Assembly (NCBI RefSeq): GCF_006345805.1
Contig: NC_042999.1
Coordinates: 17,050,001 to 17,114,000, forward strand
Direction of reading: 5' to 3'
Length of the DNA: 64,000 nucleotides
Origin: Octopus sinensis
Taxonomy: Eukaryota
In this document: positions 52,286 through 64,000 of the stretch, one piece after another
How positions within the stretch are numbered: position 1 is the stretch's first letter
Layout: every line of letters begins with the position of its first letter
Notes under the pieces: generated by a model
Told to the model about the DNA's origin: nothing
The model's database searches: none
The model's input: the letters and a program-made list of their open reading frames with translations, nothing else
Program-made: the position numbers and the translations under genes

Positions 52286-52398
52286 AGTAATCCTTCTACA
52301 ATAATAGCTATTACTCTTAATGTTTCTAGAGTTTTGTTATCACCACTTAACTAAACATCTTCTGCCTCTTCCTACATACTACTAATACTACTACTACA

Positions 52399-52433
<35 letters not shown>

Positions 52434-52517
52434 AGCTCTTAATTTTTCTATACATACATACTACATACATACATATATACATACATACATATATATACAT
52501 ACATACATATATATATA

Positions 52518-52577
<60 letters not shown>

Positions 52578-53112
52578 GTAGGGAATATAATTCCAAACTT
52601 ACAGGGGAAAATTCAATTTAGCAATTCCAAATCAAATTATATATATATGTGTGTGTAATTAAGAGAAAAAACCTCTAAGTAATTCAATAGAGAAACACTT
52701 TATATCATATAGAAAAATTTAAATATACTATAATAATGATAATTAAAGAAATCACTAAATTAAATATTTCTCTTAATTATGTATATATATATGTGTGTGT
52801 GTGTGGGAGTGTGTATGTGTGTATTTATATTCTTGGGGATGTCAGGTTTCCCCTAGTATACTCCTCGTACATACACGCTCATGACTGATGTGATCGATCC
52901 GAGATTGGCAGATCTATCCAAAGCAGCCGAGAGAAAAGCCCATGTTATACTTGGCTCCGCTAAGTATGATACAGCCCTTCGTGTAAATTAAGCAGACGCG
53001 TAAGTCGTGGCAGATGCGTCAATCCCGCTACTACCATATATAGAATATCACCTGCACAATGACATAACGTGACATGTAAATTCTCGCGCCCATGTCTTGC
53101 TATCCTAGTTTA

Positions 53113-53545
53113 AGATCTTGGTCAATCTCTCATCAACTTCTTCAGGTATCACTTGAAAAGGAAAGTGAGAGTAGAGAGGCAAGTTTTGTCTAGCGAATCT
53201 TTCAAAAAAAGATGCTGAATGTAGCAAGGATGGCACGTATGAATGACGAAGCCACTTTGAGCATAATCCTATGAACCCGGAAAAATTTAAAACAGAGACT
53301 TACTTACTTGCAAATACATGTGTTAACATGTGACATTATTGACCGAGGTTACCGTGGGCTTTTCTTCCCACGGATAAACCTTATCTGTTTCCGCATTTAC
53401 ATTTTACATCATGACATTTCTGTGATACACGATCCCTTTTGATCGAAAACCTACCCCACCTTTTTTCTTTTTTTTTCTCCCCAAAATGAAAAGCTCTGCT
53501 TTGTAATTTGTCCCCTCTGTGTTCAACCCTGTGTGGCTAATAAAG
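53113..53545 (+). mobile_element. Tx1/L1-clade LINE 3' end (ORF2 C-terminus plus 3' UTR)
   Basis: GQSLINFFRYHLKRKVRVERQVLSSESFKKR, frameshift, then ARMARMNDEATLSIIL*; resembles Tx1 ORF2 ends; followed by (TATC)n. Confidence 0.65.
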
Positions 53546-53577
53546 TAGCATATCTGTCTATCTATCTATCTATCTTT

Positions 53578-53641
<64 letters not shown>

Positions 53642-54163
53642 TTATCTACCTACCTACCTACCTACCTACCTACCTACCTACTTTTCTATTTTTCCCTCTT
53701 CCTCTCTTAATTTCTGTCTGTCTGTCTTTCTTTCTCTATGTGTGTATACATACACACACACACCCAAGCCGCCCCCCCACACACATATATTCATACCTTT
53801 TACATTTTTTAAGCGTCTAGGTCAAATAAGATGACCGACTTTACCTGGTCACTGTGGAAAGAAAGCTGCTAATGGAAAATGCTAGCGGCGCATCACACTG
53901 ACTGTCACAGAACAGTTTGGAAAATTATGTTGCAGAGTTAAAGAGGTAAAGTGAGGATGGTGAAATGTCACCGATTCACTCAACGCCCTACATCCGTCTC
54001 TCATGTGCATCTTGATGGTCGTGTATTTGATGCGATAATTGAACTTTGTAGCCTGCAGAAAGTATAAAGTAATGGGTGCGAGAGACAATTAACCAACCGG
54101 AAACGAAGAATCGTTAACGATGTTGTCACCGGCTCATCACACAATACATCTGTATATATATAT

Positions 54164-54204
<41 letters not shown>

Positions 54205-54208
<4 letters not shown>

Positions 54209-54533
54209 AAATATTAGGGAATAAATCCAAACTTACAGGGAAAAATCAGATTTAGGATTGAATCCAATTTTATAGTAAAATATTATATTATATTAAATTA
54301 GAGATAAAACCACTATTAAGCAAATCATACAATGAAAAACTTAAACCAATACATAAGATTAATTAATTTATATTATTTTAATATATATCAAAATTATTAA
54401 AAAAAGATAATTATCTTTTTTTAATAATTTTGATATATATTTAAAATAATATAAATTAATTAATCTTATGTATTGGTTTAAGTTTTTCATTGTATGATTT
54501 GCCTAATAGTGGTTTTATCTCTAATTTAATATA

Positions 54534-54542
<9 letters not shown>
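54205..54542. mobile_element. repeat K ending in a spacer-less palindrome of about 130 bp per arm
   Basis: 5' part homologous to 52575-52630; arms 54280-54410 and 54411-54542. Confidence 0.8.
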
Positions 54543-54588
<46 letters not shown>

Positions 54589-54825
54589 GTGTGTGTGTGT
54601 GGTATGTGTGTGTGTATATGTATATGTGTAGATATGAAATAAGCCACCTATTGGGTCTAGCGAGCATATGCATCTAATTACCAACAAAGTTGTAAACTGC
54701 AATGTAAAGCATCAATTGCGGCCAAATTGTAATAGTAGAAATGATTACAATACAGCTCATATGATAACGACGGAAAATAGAGTTAGAACTGCATTTCTAT
54801 ATATAAAAATATATATTTGTATATA

Positions 54826-55460
54826 TACATAAATATGAGAGAGAATCCTCTATATGGACGCCCTTACGCTAAAGAGAGATCCGCATGAGTCTGAACCACT
54901 CAGAATTGCTCTCAAGAAAAAATTAGCAGACCATGAACGTAAACGATAAGGACAAATGAAAAATAACAAAAATATAGATTAACCCCATACAAGTGTTTCA
55001 CTGTTAATAACTTATGCAATTTTACTTACACAATTAATCTGCAGCTCCTCAGTGAGGTCCGTCATAAAATATAATTTGTCGAGCTACACGTCAGCTATCA
55101 ACACGAAGTCACAAATACGAGCAGCTCAGCCCATTACATTTACAGTGCCAAATTACCGTTCTGCGCGCCAAATTACCGGAAATAAATACTGCACAAATAA
55201 TTCACTGCAGTAGTTTACGCTGGTTTGAGAAAATATTAATTTAAAATTTAAAATCAAAATGAGGGTGAAAAAATTGGATGTTAATTTAATAATATCAATT
55301 TAACACCAGTGGTTTAGCGCATAAAAAACTGAGACTCAGTAAATATTATTAATACATAAATATGAGAGAGAATCCACTATATGGACGCCCTTACGCTAAA
55401 GAGAGATCCGTATGAGTCTCAGCCACTCAGAATTGCTCTCAAGAAAAATTTAGCAATTGT
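54826..55460. mobile_element. repeat I, two copies (54826-54930 and 55252-55460)
   Basis: CATAAATATGAGAGAGAATCC..GAATTGCTCTCAAGAAAAA(A/T)TTAGCA occurs twice. Confidence 0.75.
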
Positions 55461-55529
55461 ATATATATATATATATTTGTATATATACAAATATATATGA
55501 TAAATGCTCATTCACAGAAAAATCAAAAT

Positions 55530-55900
55530 ACCAATTGAACCTCTGTATATAAATGTACCGTTCACACAAGGAGAAGACCGTGTGTTTACATCGAGGAGAC
55601 AGATGATTCATGTAAGAATCTTTATCATAACCATGTCGCCAGCTTTAAGAGAATCAATAAGAGATATTCAACATATTTGGCCGATTTTGTATGTCAAGTG
55701 AAGGGGGATAAAATTAAGTACAACATAACTTGGTCCATAGTAAGGCACATGAAACCATAGAATCTCATTTCCAGGAGACACCATCTCTGCCCGAGGAATA
55801 CCTGTCTATTCTGTGGACCAATGAGAAGATCATTAATAGAATTTCGGAAGGACTCTCAAGATGCCTACGCGAATATAAATATATCTTTCCACAATGCAGT
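55530..55900 (+). mobile_element. Penelope-like GIY-YIG endonuclease relic
   Basis: VYIEET..KNLYHNHVASFKRINKRYSTYLADFV..ITWSIVRHMKP..HLCPEEYLSIL..IINRISEGLSRCL. Confidence 0.7.
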
Positions 55901-55954
55901 TGGAACGGATTTGAGTAATTGGTAACGTAATGTACTTTAAGGTATGGATGAATT

Positions 55955-55958
55955 AAGT

Positions 55959-55989
<31 letters not shown>

Positions 55990-56520
55990 ATTTTTTGGCT
56001 CAAAAAGCAAGGCCATGTAGGGGGACATTGAGTTATGTACAGGGTGGTGTTCATGTAAAGAGTTCAGGCCACTTGTGGTCAAGAGAGACTTTGAACCGAG
56101 CGGTCGTCGGCATCTTCACTATCTCGTCCGGCAGCTTATTCCACGGATCCCAACCCGGACGGAGAAAGCCCCTCTCCTTCGATTGAGATGAAATCGTCGC
56201 AGATAGAGCTTTTCGGAGTGACCCCGCAACCGACGCTCTGGAGCAGGAGTGAAGAACAGCTCTTTCGAAAGGTTACACTTTCCGCTTATGATGTTGTGAG
56301 CGAGAATGAGATCACAACGGCTTCGTCGTTTTTCTAGAGAATAAGGGTCGAGCGTCTTCAGCTTTTCTTCATAAGACAAATGCTTGAGACCAAGAACCAT
56401 GCGGGTAGCCAGCTTCTAGACTCTTTCGAGATGCTGTATGTCTTTAAGGAGATAAGGAGAAGAGGCTTGAATCCCGTACTCCAATATGGGTCTCACCAGC
56501 GTGACATAACTTCGCTATCC
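55955..56520 (-). mobile_element. CR1-clade LINE 3' end with (TAAC)n tail
   Basis: YVTLVRPILEYG..LERV*KLATRMVLGLKHLSYEEKLKTL..SLEKRRSRCDLI..LRGHSEKL..RRGAFSVRV. Confidence 0.9.
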
Positions 56521-57208
56521 TTATAAACATCAAGTAGCTATTTAATTCGTTTTATTTTTCGGGAGTGCGGGAAACCACACGTGTGTGGATGCTTACATTT
56601 TCGTAGATGCTTGTATGAGCGAGTGTACTCGCGCCATGCAGCTTATGCGTGGGCGTTTGTGCATCCATATCTGTTAACAGATAACTTTTATATTTTCTCC
56701 CTGCATTGCATGTTTGTTATTATTATTTTTGCATTTGTGATCATATTTTTGATCTACGTAAATGAAGATATTTCCTTAGTTTTGCTCCTTTAGTTTCTAC
56801 CAAATGGGAAGATGTATTACGTAACTGTTATTTTAACTTAAGTGTTATTTTGAGTCTATTTATGGGCCGAGAAAGTACATCTGCACCACCGTGTGCTCAT
56901 GAACCGGTTGTTAGTAGCCCACCCGTGAGGGATCCATGCAAGATGTGTACAAACCATTGTCCTGATTAATAATAAGTTCTCGTATATTCCTCTGTCTTTC
57001 GTTTACCATATCATATCATATCATATAGATAAAACTATACTGGATCTCTTCTTGCCAGTGGGTTCCAGATGAATCTATCTCTCAGCAGGAAACACAGATG
57101 CGGAAAGCGGCGTCGAGCTCCCTTGTTGACTAAGTGCTACGTATCAGAGGTGGTTTCACATACTGGTGTAGCTCACTCAGCGGTGGTGCCGCAGCATGGT
57201 GGAAGCTT

Positions 57209-57286
57209 TCGGGCTGAAAGAGTTTTAAGGATTTAAGGATATATATATATAAATATATCCCTTAAATCTTTATAACTCTTTCAGCC

Positions 57287-57289
<3 letters not shown>
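57209..57289. repeat. imperfect inverted repeat of about 35 bp beside (TA)n
   Basis: TCGGGCTGAAAGAGTT..AAGG..TATAT / ..AACTCTTTCAGCCCGA. Confidence 0.85.
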
Positions 57290-57334
<45 letters not shown>

Positions 57335-57335
57335 T

Positions 57336-57371
<36 letters not shown>

Positions 57372-57422
57372 TAGTATGTATATATATATATATATATATA
57401 TCTATATATTATATATATATTA

Positions 57423-57474
<52 letters not shown>

Positions 57475-57615
57475 ACGCATGCGTGGGTGTGGTGGTAAGA
57501 AGCTTAGTTCCGATTCAGTCCCACTGCGTGACACTTTGGCCGACTGTATTCAGGCCGCGTAAGGCCTTGCGAGTCGATTTGTTTGATGGACACTGAAAGA
57601 AGCCCGTCGTATATA
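57475..57615 (+). mobile_element. degenerate SINE-B 5' half
   Basis: GATTCAGTCCCACTGCGTGACAC..CTGAAAGAAGCCCGTCGTATATA. Confidence 0.65.
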
Positions 57616-57869
57616 GCAAATATTACCAGCTCCTAGTACATTACATCAGAGAGCTGAACCAGCTATAAGCCAATGAATTTGATTGCGCAAATCTTGTTCC
57701 CTTGTCATTTCTTTAATTACATATATGCATAACAAGATAGATATGCCTATATTTGTATCTATGTCTTCATACACATATACAGGTATATAGATATTTGGGT
57801 GTGCATACATGTATACGTATGTGAGCGTGCGTATGTACTTATATATATATTTGTTTTTCATATTCGCCC

Positions 57870-58135
57870 TTTTCAAGCCTAGCCAGATTCATGGACCCGG
57901 TTTCCAGGTTTCTGTGACGTATTTGTTCCCCCCAGTTGACGTGACGCCAGTCCATCGCAGAATTACTCAAGAGAAAGTTGGGTCGAAAGAGTACAACAGG
58001 GGTCGCCACCACCCAGTGCCAGAACATCGTAGAGGTTTTAGGTGTCTTTGCTCAATAAAGACACGCAACGCCCGGTCTGGAAATCGAAACCGCGTTCCTC
58101 CGACCGCGAGTCCGCTGCCCTAACCACTGAGCCAC
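57870..58135 (-). mobile_element. C-type head with a D/E-type tail variant
   Basis: Head homologous to SINE-C; tail CTGCGATGGACTGGCGTCACGTC. Confidence 0.7.
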
Positions 58136-58136
58136 T

Positions 58137-58167
<31 letters not shown>

Positions 58168-58854
58168 TATATATATACATGTATACAAATATACATTAAC
58201 GCATTCTTTTCTTAATGCCATAAAGGTTTAAAGAACCTATATTACATTTAGACATACACACACACATACATATACATATATGTATATGCATGTATGTTTG
58301 TATGAATGTACGTATGATATCTATCTATTTATCGATACATATGTGTGTTTGTGTGTGTGTGTGTGAGTATGTGTGCGTTTGTGCGTCTGTGTGTGTGTAG
58401 GCGTGCATTCGTGTATTCCGAATTTAGTGCAATTCAAACCATTTCATTTCAATTTCCGGGTGCAATATGTGAATAATGGTATTTCCATTCACACCTTTTT
58501 TCCAAAATGGCAGCTCTTATTAATATTGGTACCTATTTTCACAAAAATTATCACTCTGTATGATTAAATATAAGTAGATGCTAAAAACCTCTACGCTGTA
58601 CACTGTTCCTTCGAAAATGAAGTAGTAGCGACGACCATTGTGGTTATCAGAGACATTTATGCAAACTGAGAATGCCAATCACAGGAGTCCGTTTATTTAT
58701 AGTGCATAAAATCATACACGCAAACATACATGCACACACACAAGCAAACACGCACTCATATAAACATCAGTCTGTCTGTGTGTCTCTGTGTATGTATCTA
58801 TCTCTCTATGTATGTATGTGTGTATGTGTGTATGTATGTATGCCCCAATTTCAT

Positions 58855-58968
58855 TTTCACGATCCCTTTTGATCGGTTCGCTCACATTTTTTTCTTTCTT
58901 CCCAAAAAGAAAAGCTTTTCTTTGTATTTTGTACCTTCTGTGTTCTGCCCTGCGTGGCCAATAAGGAA
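58855..58968 (+). mobile_element. Tx1-like LINE extreme 3' tail before (TATC)n
   Basis: CACGATCCCTTTTGATCG..CTGTGTTCTGCCCTGCGTGGCCAATAAGG. Confidence 0.6.
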
Positions 58969-58969
58969 A

Positions 58970-59233
<264 letters not shown>

Positions 59234-59247
59234 TATTAATCTATAAC

Positions 59248-59704
59248 TTGAAGTATTACTTGAAAAGGAAATTGAGATTAGAGAGGTAAGTTTTGTCTTG
59301 CGAATGTTTAAAAAAAAAGATGGGTGAATGTAGCAAGGATGGCACGTATGTATGACGAAGCCACCTTGAGCATAATCTTATGAACCCAGAAAAATTTAAA
59401 ACAGAGACTTACTTACTTGCAAATAAATGTGTTAACATTTGACATTATCGACCGAGGTTACCGTGGTCTTTTCCGTAGGCTTTCTTTCCACGTATAAACC
59501 TTATCTGTTTCCCCCTTTGCACTTGACATCATGAAATTTCTGTGATACACGACCCCCATTGATCGTTTTTTCTTCTTTTTCTTTCTTTTTTTACGATCAC
59601 TTTTGATCGAAAACCTACCCCACATTTGTTTCTCCACAAAATAAAAGCTCTACATTGTCATTTGTCCCGTCTGTGTTCAGCCCTGTTTGGCTAATAAAGA
59701 ATCA
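59248..59704 (+). mobile_element. 5'-truncated Tx1-like LINE with 14-bp TSD
   Basis: Collinear with 53140-53545; TATTAATCTATAAC at 59234-59247 and 59705-59718. Confidence 0.8.
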
Positions 59705-59807
59705 TATTAATCTATAACAGTAAACGCAAATACATTTTATGCTCGTGCAACATCTCAATACATATATACACAAACACAACACAAGTATATGGTATACACG
59801 TGTAAAT

Positions 59808-60592
59808 AAGGTGGCGAACTGGCAGAATCGTTAGCACGCCGGGAGAAATGCCTAGCGGTATTTCGTCTGCCGTTACGTTGTGAGTTCAAATCCCGTCAAG
59901 GTCGACATTGCTTTTCATCCTTTCGTGGTCGATAAATTAAGTACCAGTTACGCACTGGAGTCGATGTAATCGACTTAATCCGTCTGTCTGTCCTTGTTTG
60001 TCCTCTCTGTGTTTAGCTACTTGTGGGTAGTAAAGAAATAGCTATTTCGTATGCCGCTACGTTCTGAGTTAAAATTCCGACGAGATCGACTTTGCCTTTC
60101 ATACTTTCGGTGTCGATAAATTAAGTACTAGTTACACACTGGGGTCGATATATTCGACTTATCCGTTTGTCTGTCCTTGTTTGTCCTCTCTGTGTTTAGC
60201 CCCTTGTAGGTAGTAAAGAAATAGGTATTTCGTCTGCCGCTACGTTCTGTGTTCAAATTCTGCCGAGGTCGACTTTGCCTTTCATTCTTTCGTAGTCGAC
60301 TAAATAAGTACCAGCTACGAACTGGGGTCGATATAATCGACTTAATCCGTTTGTCTGTCCTTGTTTGTCCTCTCTGTGTTTAGCCCCTTGTGGGTAGTAA
60401 AGAAATAGGTATTTCGTATGCCGCTACGTTCTGAGTTCAAATTCCGCCGTGGTCGACTTTGCCTTTCATCCTTTCGGGGTAGATAAACTAAGTACCAGTT
60501 ACGCACTGGTCTCGATGTAATCGACTTAATCCGTTTGTCTGTCCTTGTTTGTCCCCTCTGTTTGTAGCCTTTTGTGGGTAGTAAAGAAATAT
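59808..60592 (+). mobile_element. SINE-A tetramer within one 12-bp TSD
   Basis: GTATACACGTGT at 59792-59803 and 60593-60604; period about 185 bp. Confidence 0.92.
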
Positions 60593-61692
60593 GTATACAC
60601 GTGTTCAATGATTGCGTGTGTATGTGTGTGTTTGTGTCTCGGCATACCTACCTACCTACCTACCTACATGCATACATATATGACTCTGTGCGTGTACATA
60701 CATACATACATGCATATGCATATGACAATGAGGTATATGACGAATATTGATATATGCATTTGTTCTCTTTCTTCTTACGTCATTATCGAATTTTAACTGC
60801 ATCAAAATCATAAATACTAGAATAATTTTGTTCCGTATTTTGTTTTATATATTTATTTATTTATTCGTGTATTTTTTATTTAATGTTTTCTTACGATACT
60901 TTAAGAACTTCGTAGTTATTCAAGAATGACTTTCTGTGTTAATCTCTTTACATCATTATTATAGTGAAGCACATTACACATTTCCGTTGGAAAAGAAGAT
61001 TTTGCAGAAAGAAAAACGACTTAATAGTCTTTAACCTGACAGAAATTGCACTTATGGAATTACGGTTAAACTGAATTGTGTTGGTGGGGCTGGAAAATGA
61101 AATAACAACTTTGATACAAAATAGCTACGAATTTCAAGAACTATTCTCCAAGTGTCACTATTGGAATTGAGTAAAATTTTACAGTGTGCATTTGCGCGTT
61201 ATATAATTCGTTGCTTGACAGCGTACGTATTTATGTAAGACATGTATGTGAGTATGTGTGTGTGTGTCTGTGTGTTTGTGTGTGTTGTATATGTAGTCAT
61301 GAATAAGTCCGTATGACTGTAGGTGTGCATTGAACCGCTACGTACGAAAATATCGTTGAAGAGAGAATGATCGACATAAGACAATTATTATGCAACATAC
61401 TTGGAAGAACAAGAAATCGTCTTAATAGAATGACATGTTATGATGTTTCTGTTCAAGTTTCAGCTTGACAGCTGTGGCCAGGCTGGGGCACACACACAGA
61501 CATACACAAAGCTACATGCGCCCCCTCTCCACATACACACGTTAGCAACTTTTTGTTCGTCTTATACAGTTAAAATGCCGAATACTTCTGCTCTTTTCAC
61601 GGCAATACTGCGTTTGAAATTCACTTATTTGTCTGCAATACAAACACACACACATACACACACACTCACACATATACACAGATAAATATATA

Positions 61693-61726
<34 letters not shown>

Positions 61727-61730
<4 letters not shown>

Positions 61731-61950
61731 CAATAATAATATAGGGTGAAATTAATTAATTTGGAATAATCATTAATTTCATCAAGTAGATTTCGGCATG
61801 TAAAAGCCCCATTCAAGGAAGGTTTAAGTAATACTAAGTAATTAAGGGTTTAGCAACGATTTGCCTCACCACACACCGGATTTAGAAATAGCAGTCAAAA
61901 GAGTTTGACTGCTATTTCTAATTCCGGTGTGTGGTGAGGCAAATCGTTGC

Positions 61951-62014
<64 letters not shown>

Positions 62015-62233
62015 CAATAATAATATAGGGTGAAATTAATTAATTGGAATAATCATTAATTTCATCAAGTAGATTTCGGCATGTAAAAGCCCCATTCAGG
62101 AAGGTTTAAGTAATACTAAGTAATTAAGGGTTTAGCAACGATTTGCCTCACCACACACCGGATTTAGAAATAGCAGTCAAAAGAGTTTGACTGCTATTTC
62201 TAATCCGGTGTGTGGTGAGGCAAATCGTTGCTA
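61727..62233. mobile_element. repeat L, two near-identical copies, each ending in a 49-bp-arm hairpin, separated by (TA)n
   Basis: Copies 61727-61952 and 62011-62233; arms 61851-61899 and 61904-61952. Confidence 0.88.
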
Positions 62234-62604
62234 TATATATAATATATATATATATATTTATATATATGTATATATATCTATATATTTATATAAAAAACAT
62301 ATATATAATAAGGACAAATTTTTAGCACACATGGTTTTTTATTAACCACGTATTAATGAAAATGTATTCATAAATAAAGTACAGAACTGGGAATCACTAT
62401 TATCAGTTTATCCTAGATACAAGTGAATTCGGCCTAGCCTGGCCTAGAGAGACATTTAATTCGACTTAAGTCGTGTCTCATGGAACCAATTAACGACGTA
62501 GGGGGAGACTATATATATATATATATATATATTAATATATATATATATATAATATATATATTACGTTTTGGTATGGTGTAAAGGTAGGGTATTTCTAGAG
62601 AAGC

Positions 62605-62830
62605 GAGCTGGCAGAACCGTTAGCACGCCGGGCGAAATGCTTAGCGGTATTTCGTCTGCCGTTACGTTCTGAGTTCAAATTCCGCCGAGGTTGACTTTGC
62701 CTTTCATCCTTTTGGGGTCGATGAAATAAGTACCAGTTACGCACTGGGATCGAAGTAATCGACTTAATACCTATGTCTGTCCTTGTTTGTCCCCTCTGTG
62801 TTTAGCCCCTTGTGGGTAATAAAGAAATAT
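62605..62830 (+). mobile_element. SINE-A with 16-bp TSD
   Basis: GTATTTCTAGAGAAGC at 62589-62604 and 62831-62846. Confidence 0.9.
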
Positions 62831-62982
62831 GTATTTCTAGAGAAGCACTCAACCCTAATTCGGGGCTATCAACACCGTCGGATTCCAGACTAATATCGAA
62901 ATACTTCAGGTGTAGAAAATTCTGGTTTCACACCAGTAAATCTGCTGTGTGGGCTTTGCAAAGAGTAAAATATAATCCAAAT

Positions 62983-63369
62983 GGTGGAAGCACTCCGTCG
63001 GTTACGACGACGAGGGTTCCGGTTGATCCGAATCAACGGAACAGCCTGCTCGTGAAATTAACGTGCAAGTGGCTGAGCAATCCACAGACACATGTACCCT
63101 TAACGTAGTTCTCGGGGATATTCAGCGTGACACATGGAGTGACAAGGCCGGTTCTTTGAAATACAGGTACAACAGAAACAGGAAGTAAGAGTGAGAGAAA
63201 GTTGTGGTGAAAGAGTACAGCAGGGATCACCACCATCCCCTGCCGGAGCCTCGTGGAGCTTTAGGTGTTTTCGCTCAATAAACACTCACAACGCCCGGTC
63301 TGGGAATCGAAACCGCGATCCTATGACCGCGAGTCCGCTGCCCTAACCACTGGGCCATTGTGCTTCCAT
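62983..63369 (-). mobile_element. SINE-C with 12-bp TSD
   Basis: TATAATCCAAAT at 62971-62982 and 63370-63381. Confidence 0.92.
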
Positions 63370-63669
63370 TATAATCCAAATAACAAGACAGAGAAATACT
63401 TTGACACATCTTTAATGATCAGTTACAAATGTTTCTGTATCAATTCTGCATGCAACGACAGTTTACGCAATATTCGAAGTGAAAATTCACGTAGTTTGTA
63501 GGTGTTAGAGTTGCACTTCATGAGACTTGTAATTAAAGGTGTGCGTTTACACTGGGTTTCTTCCTCACATTGTTTGTTTGTTTGCCTATATCCGGGAATA
63601 AACAAAATGCAACTAAAAGTGTGGTTAGGGGATGAATTCTTAATACAGTGAACATGTAGAGTGTACGAA

Positions 63670-63745
63670 AAGGAAGAAGAAGAAGAAGAAAAAGAGAAGA
63701 AGAAGAAGAAGAAAAGAAGAAGAAGAAGAAGAAGAAGAAGAAGAA
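63670..63745. repeat. (GAA)n microsatellite
   Basis: Direct reading. Confidence 0.95.
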
Positions 63746-64000
63746 TATAACACGTGGATGGAAGTTAACAGGTATTAATAGCGGACAACTCCGTATATTT
63801 ATGCTCCCCGCATCAGCTTTAAGCTGCCATATATATGTATATATTGGTTTTTATCTACAATCCTATACTTCATTATATTGTTAGTATGTTTGTATAGTTA
63901 TATGTTTATATGTCCATATACATTTTTAACATTCATATATTCTTTTAATATTTTCGTAAGTATCTTTTTATGTATTTTCAATATATCAAGATATGTTTTT

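Noticed and set aside
55955-55990. (TTAG)n as telomeric repeat
   Set aside because: It is a tetramer rather than TTAGGG, and it is the 3' tail of the CR1 element.
59808-60592. Regular repeats of about 185 bp as a CRISPR array
   Set aside because: There are no unique spacers and no cas genes, the context is eukaryotic, and the units are SINE bodies.

Overview
This is AT-rich, microsatellite-dense animal DNA. The SINE and LINE families look like those I recall from octopus (cephalopod) genomes; this attribution is from recall, not a search. I found no recognisable host-gene exon and no CRISPR array. Nearly all listed ORFs are microsatellite read-throughs or transposon relics. The window is a mosaic of several tRNA-headed SINE families (my own labels A-G), LINE relics (RTE, CR1, Tx1/L1-clade, R4/Dong-type), Penelope-like GIY-YIG relics, a mariner fragment, a deleted Gypsy element and a 5S rRNA retrocopy. 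Two coherent systems stand out. (1) SINE-A shares its 3' tail with a Tx1-like LINE, prefers (G)GTAT target sites, inserts into that motif inside its own head (16-bp TSD at 44455/44700), forms head-less tandem arrays, and forms chimeras with 5S rRNA and with another SINE. (2) Several short fold-back elements sit in (TA)n or (ATT)n microsatellites, and three families carry minimal hammerhead-ribozyme signatures of the Penelope type, including one with a tRNA-like head. Element boundaries are approximate (about 10-20 bp) unless a TSD is quoted.
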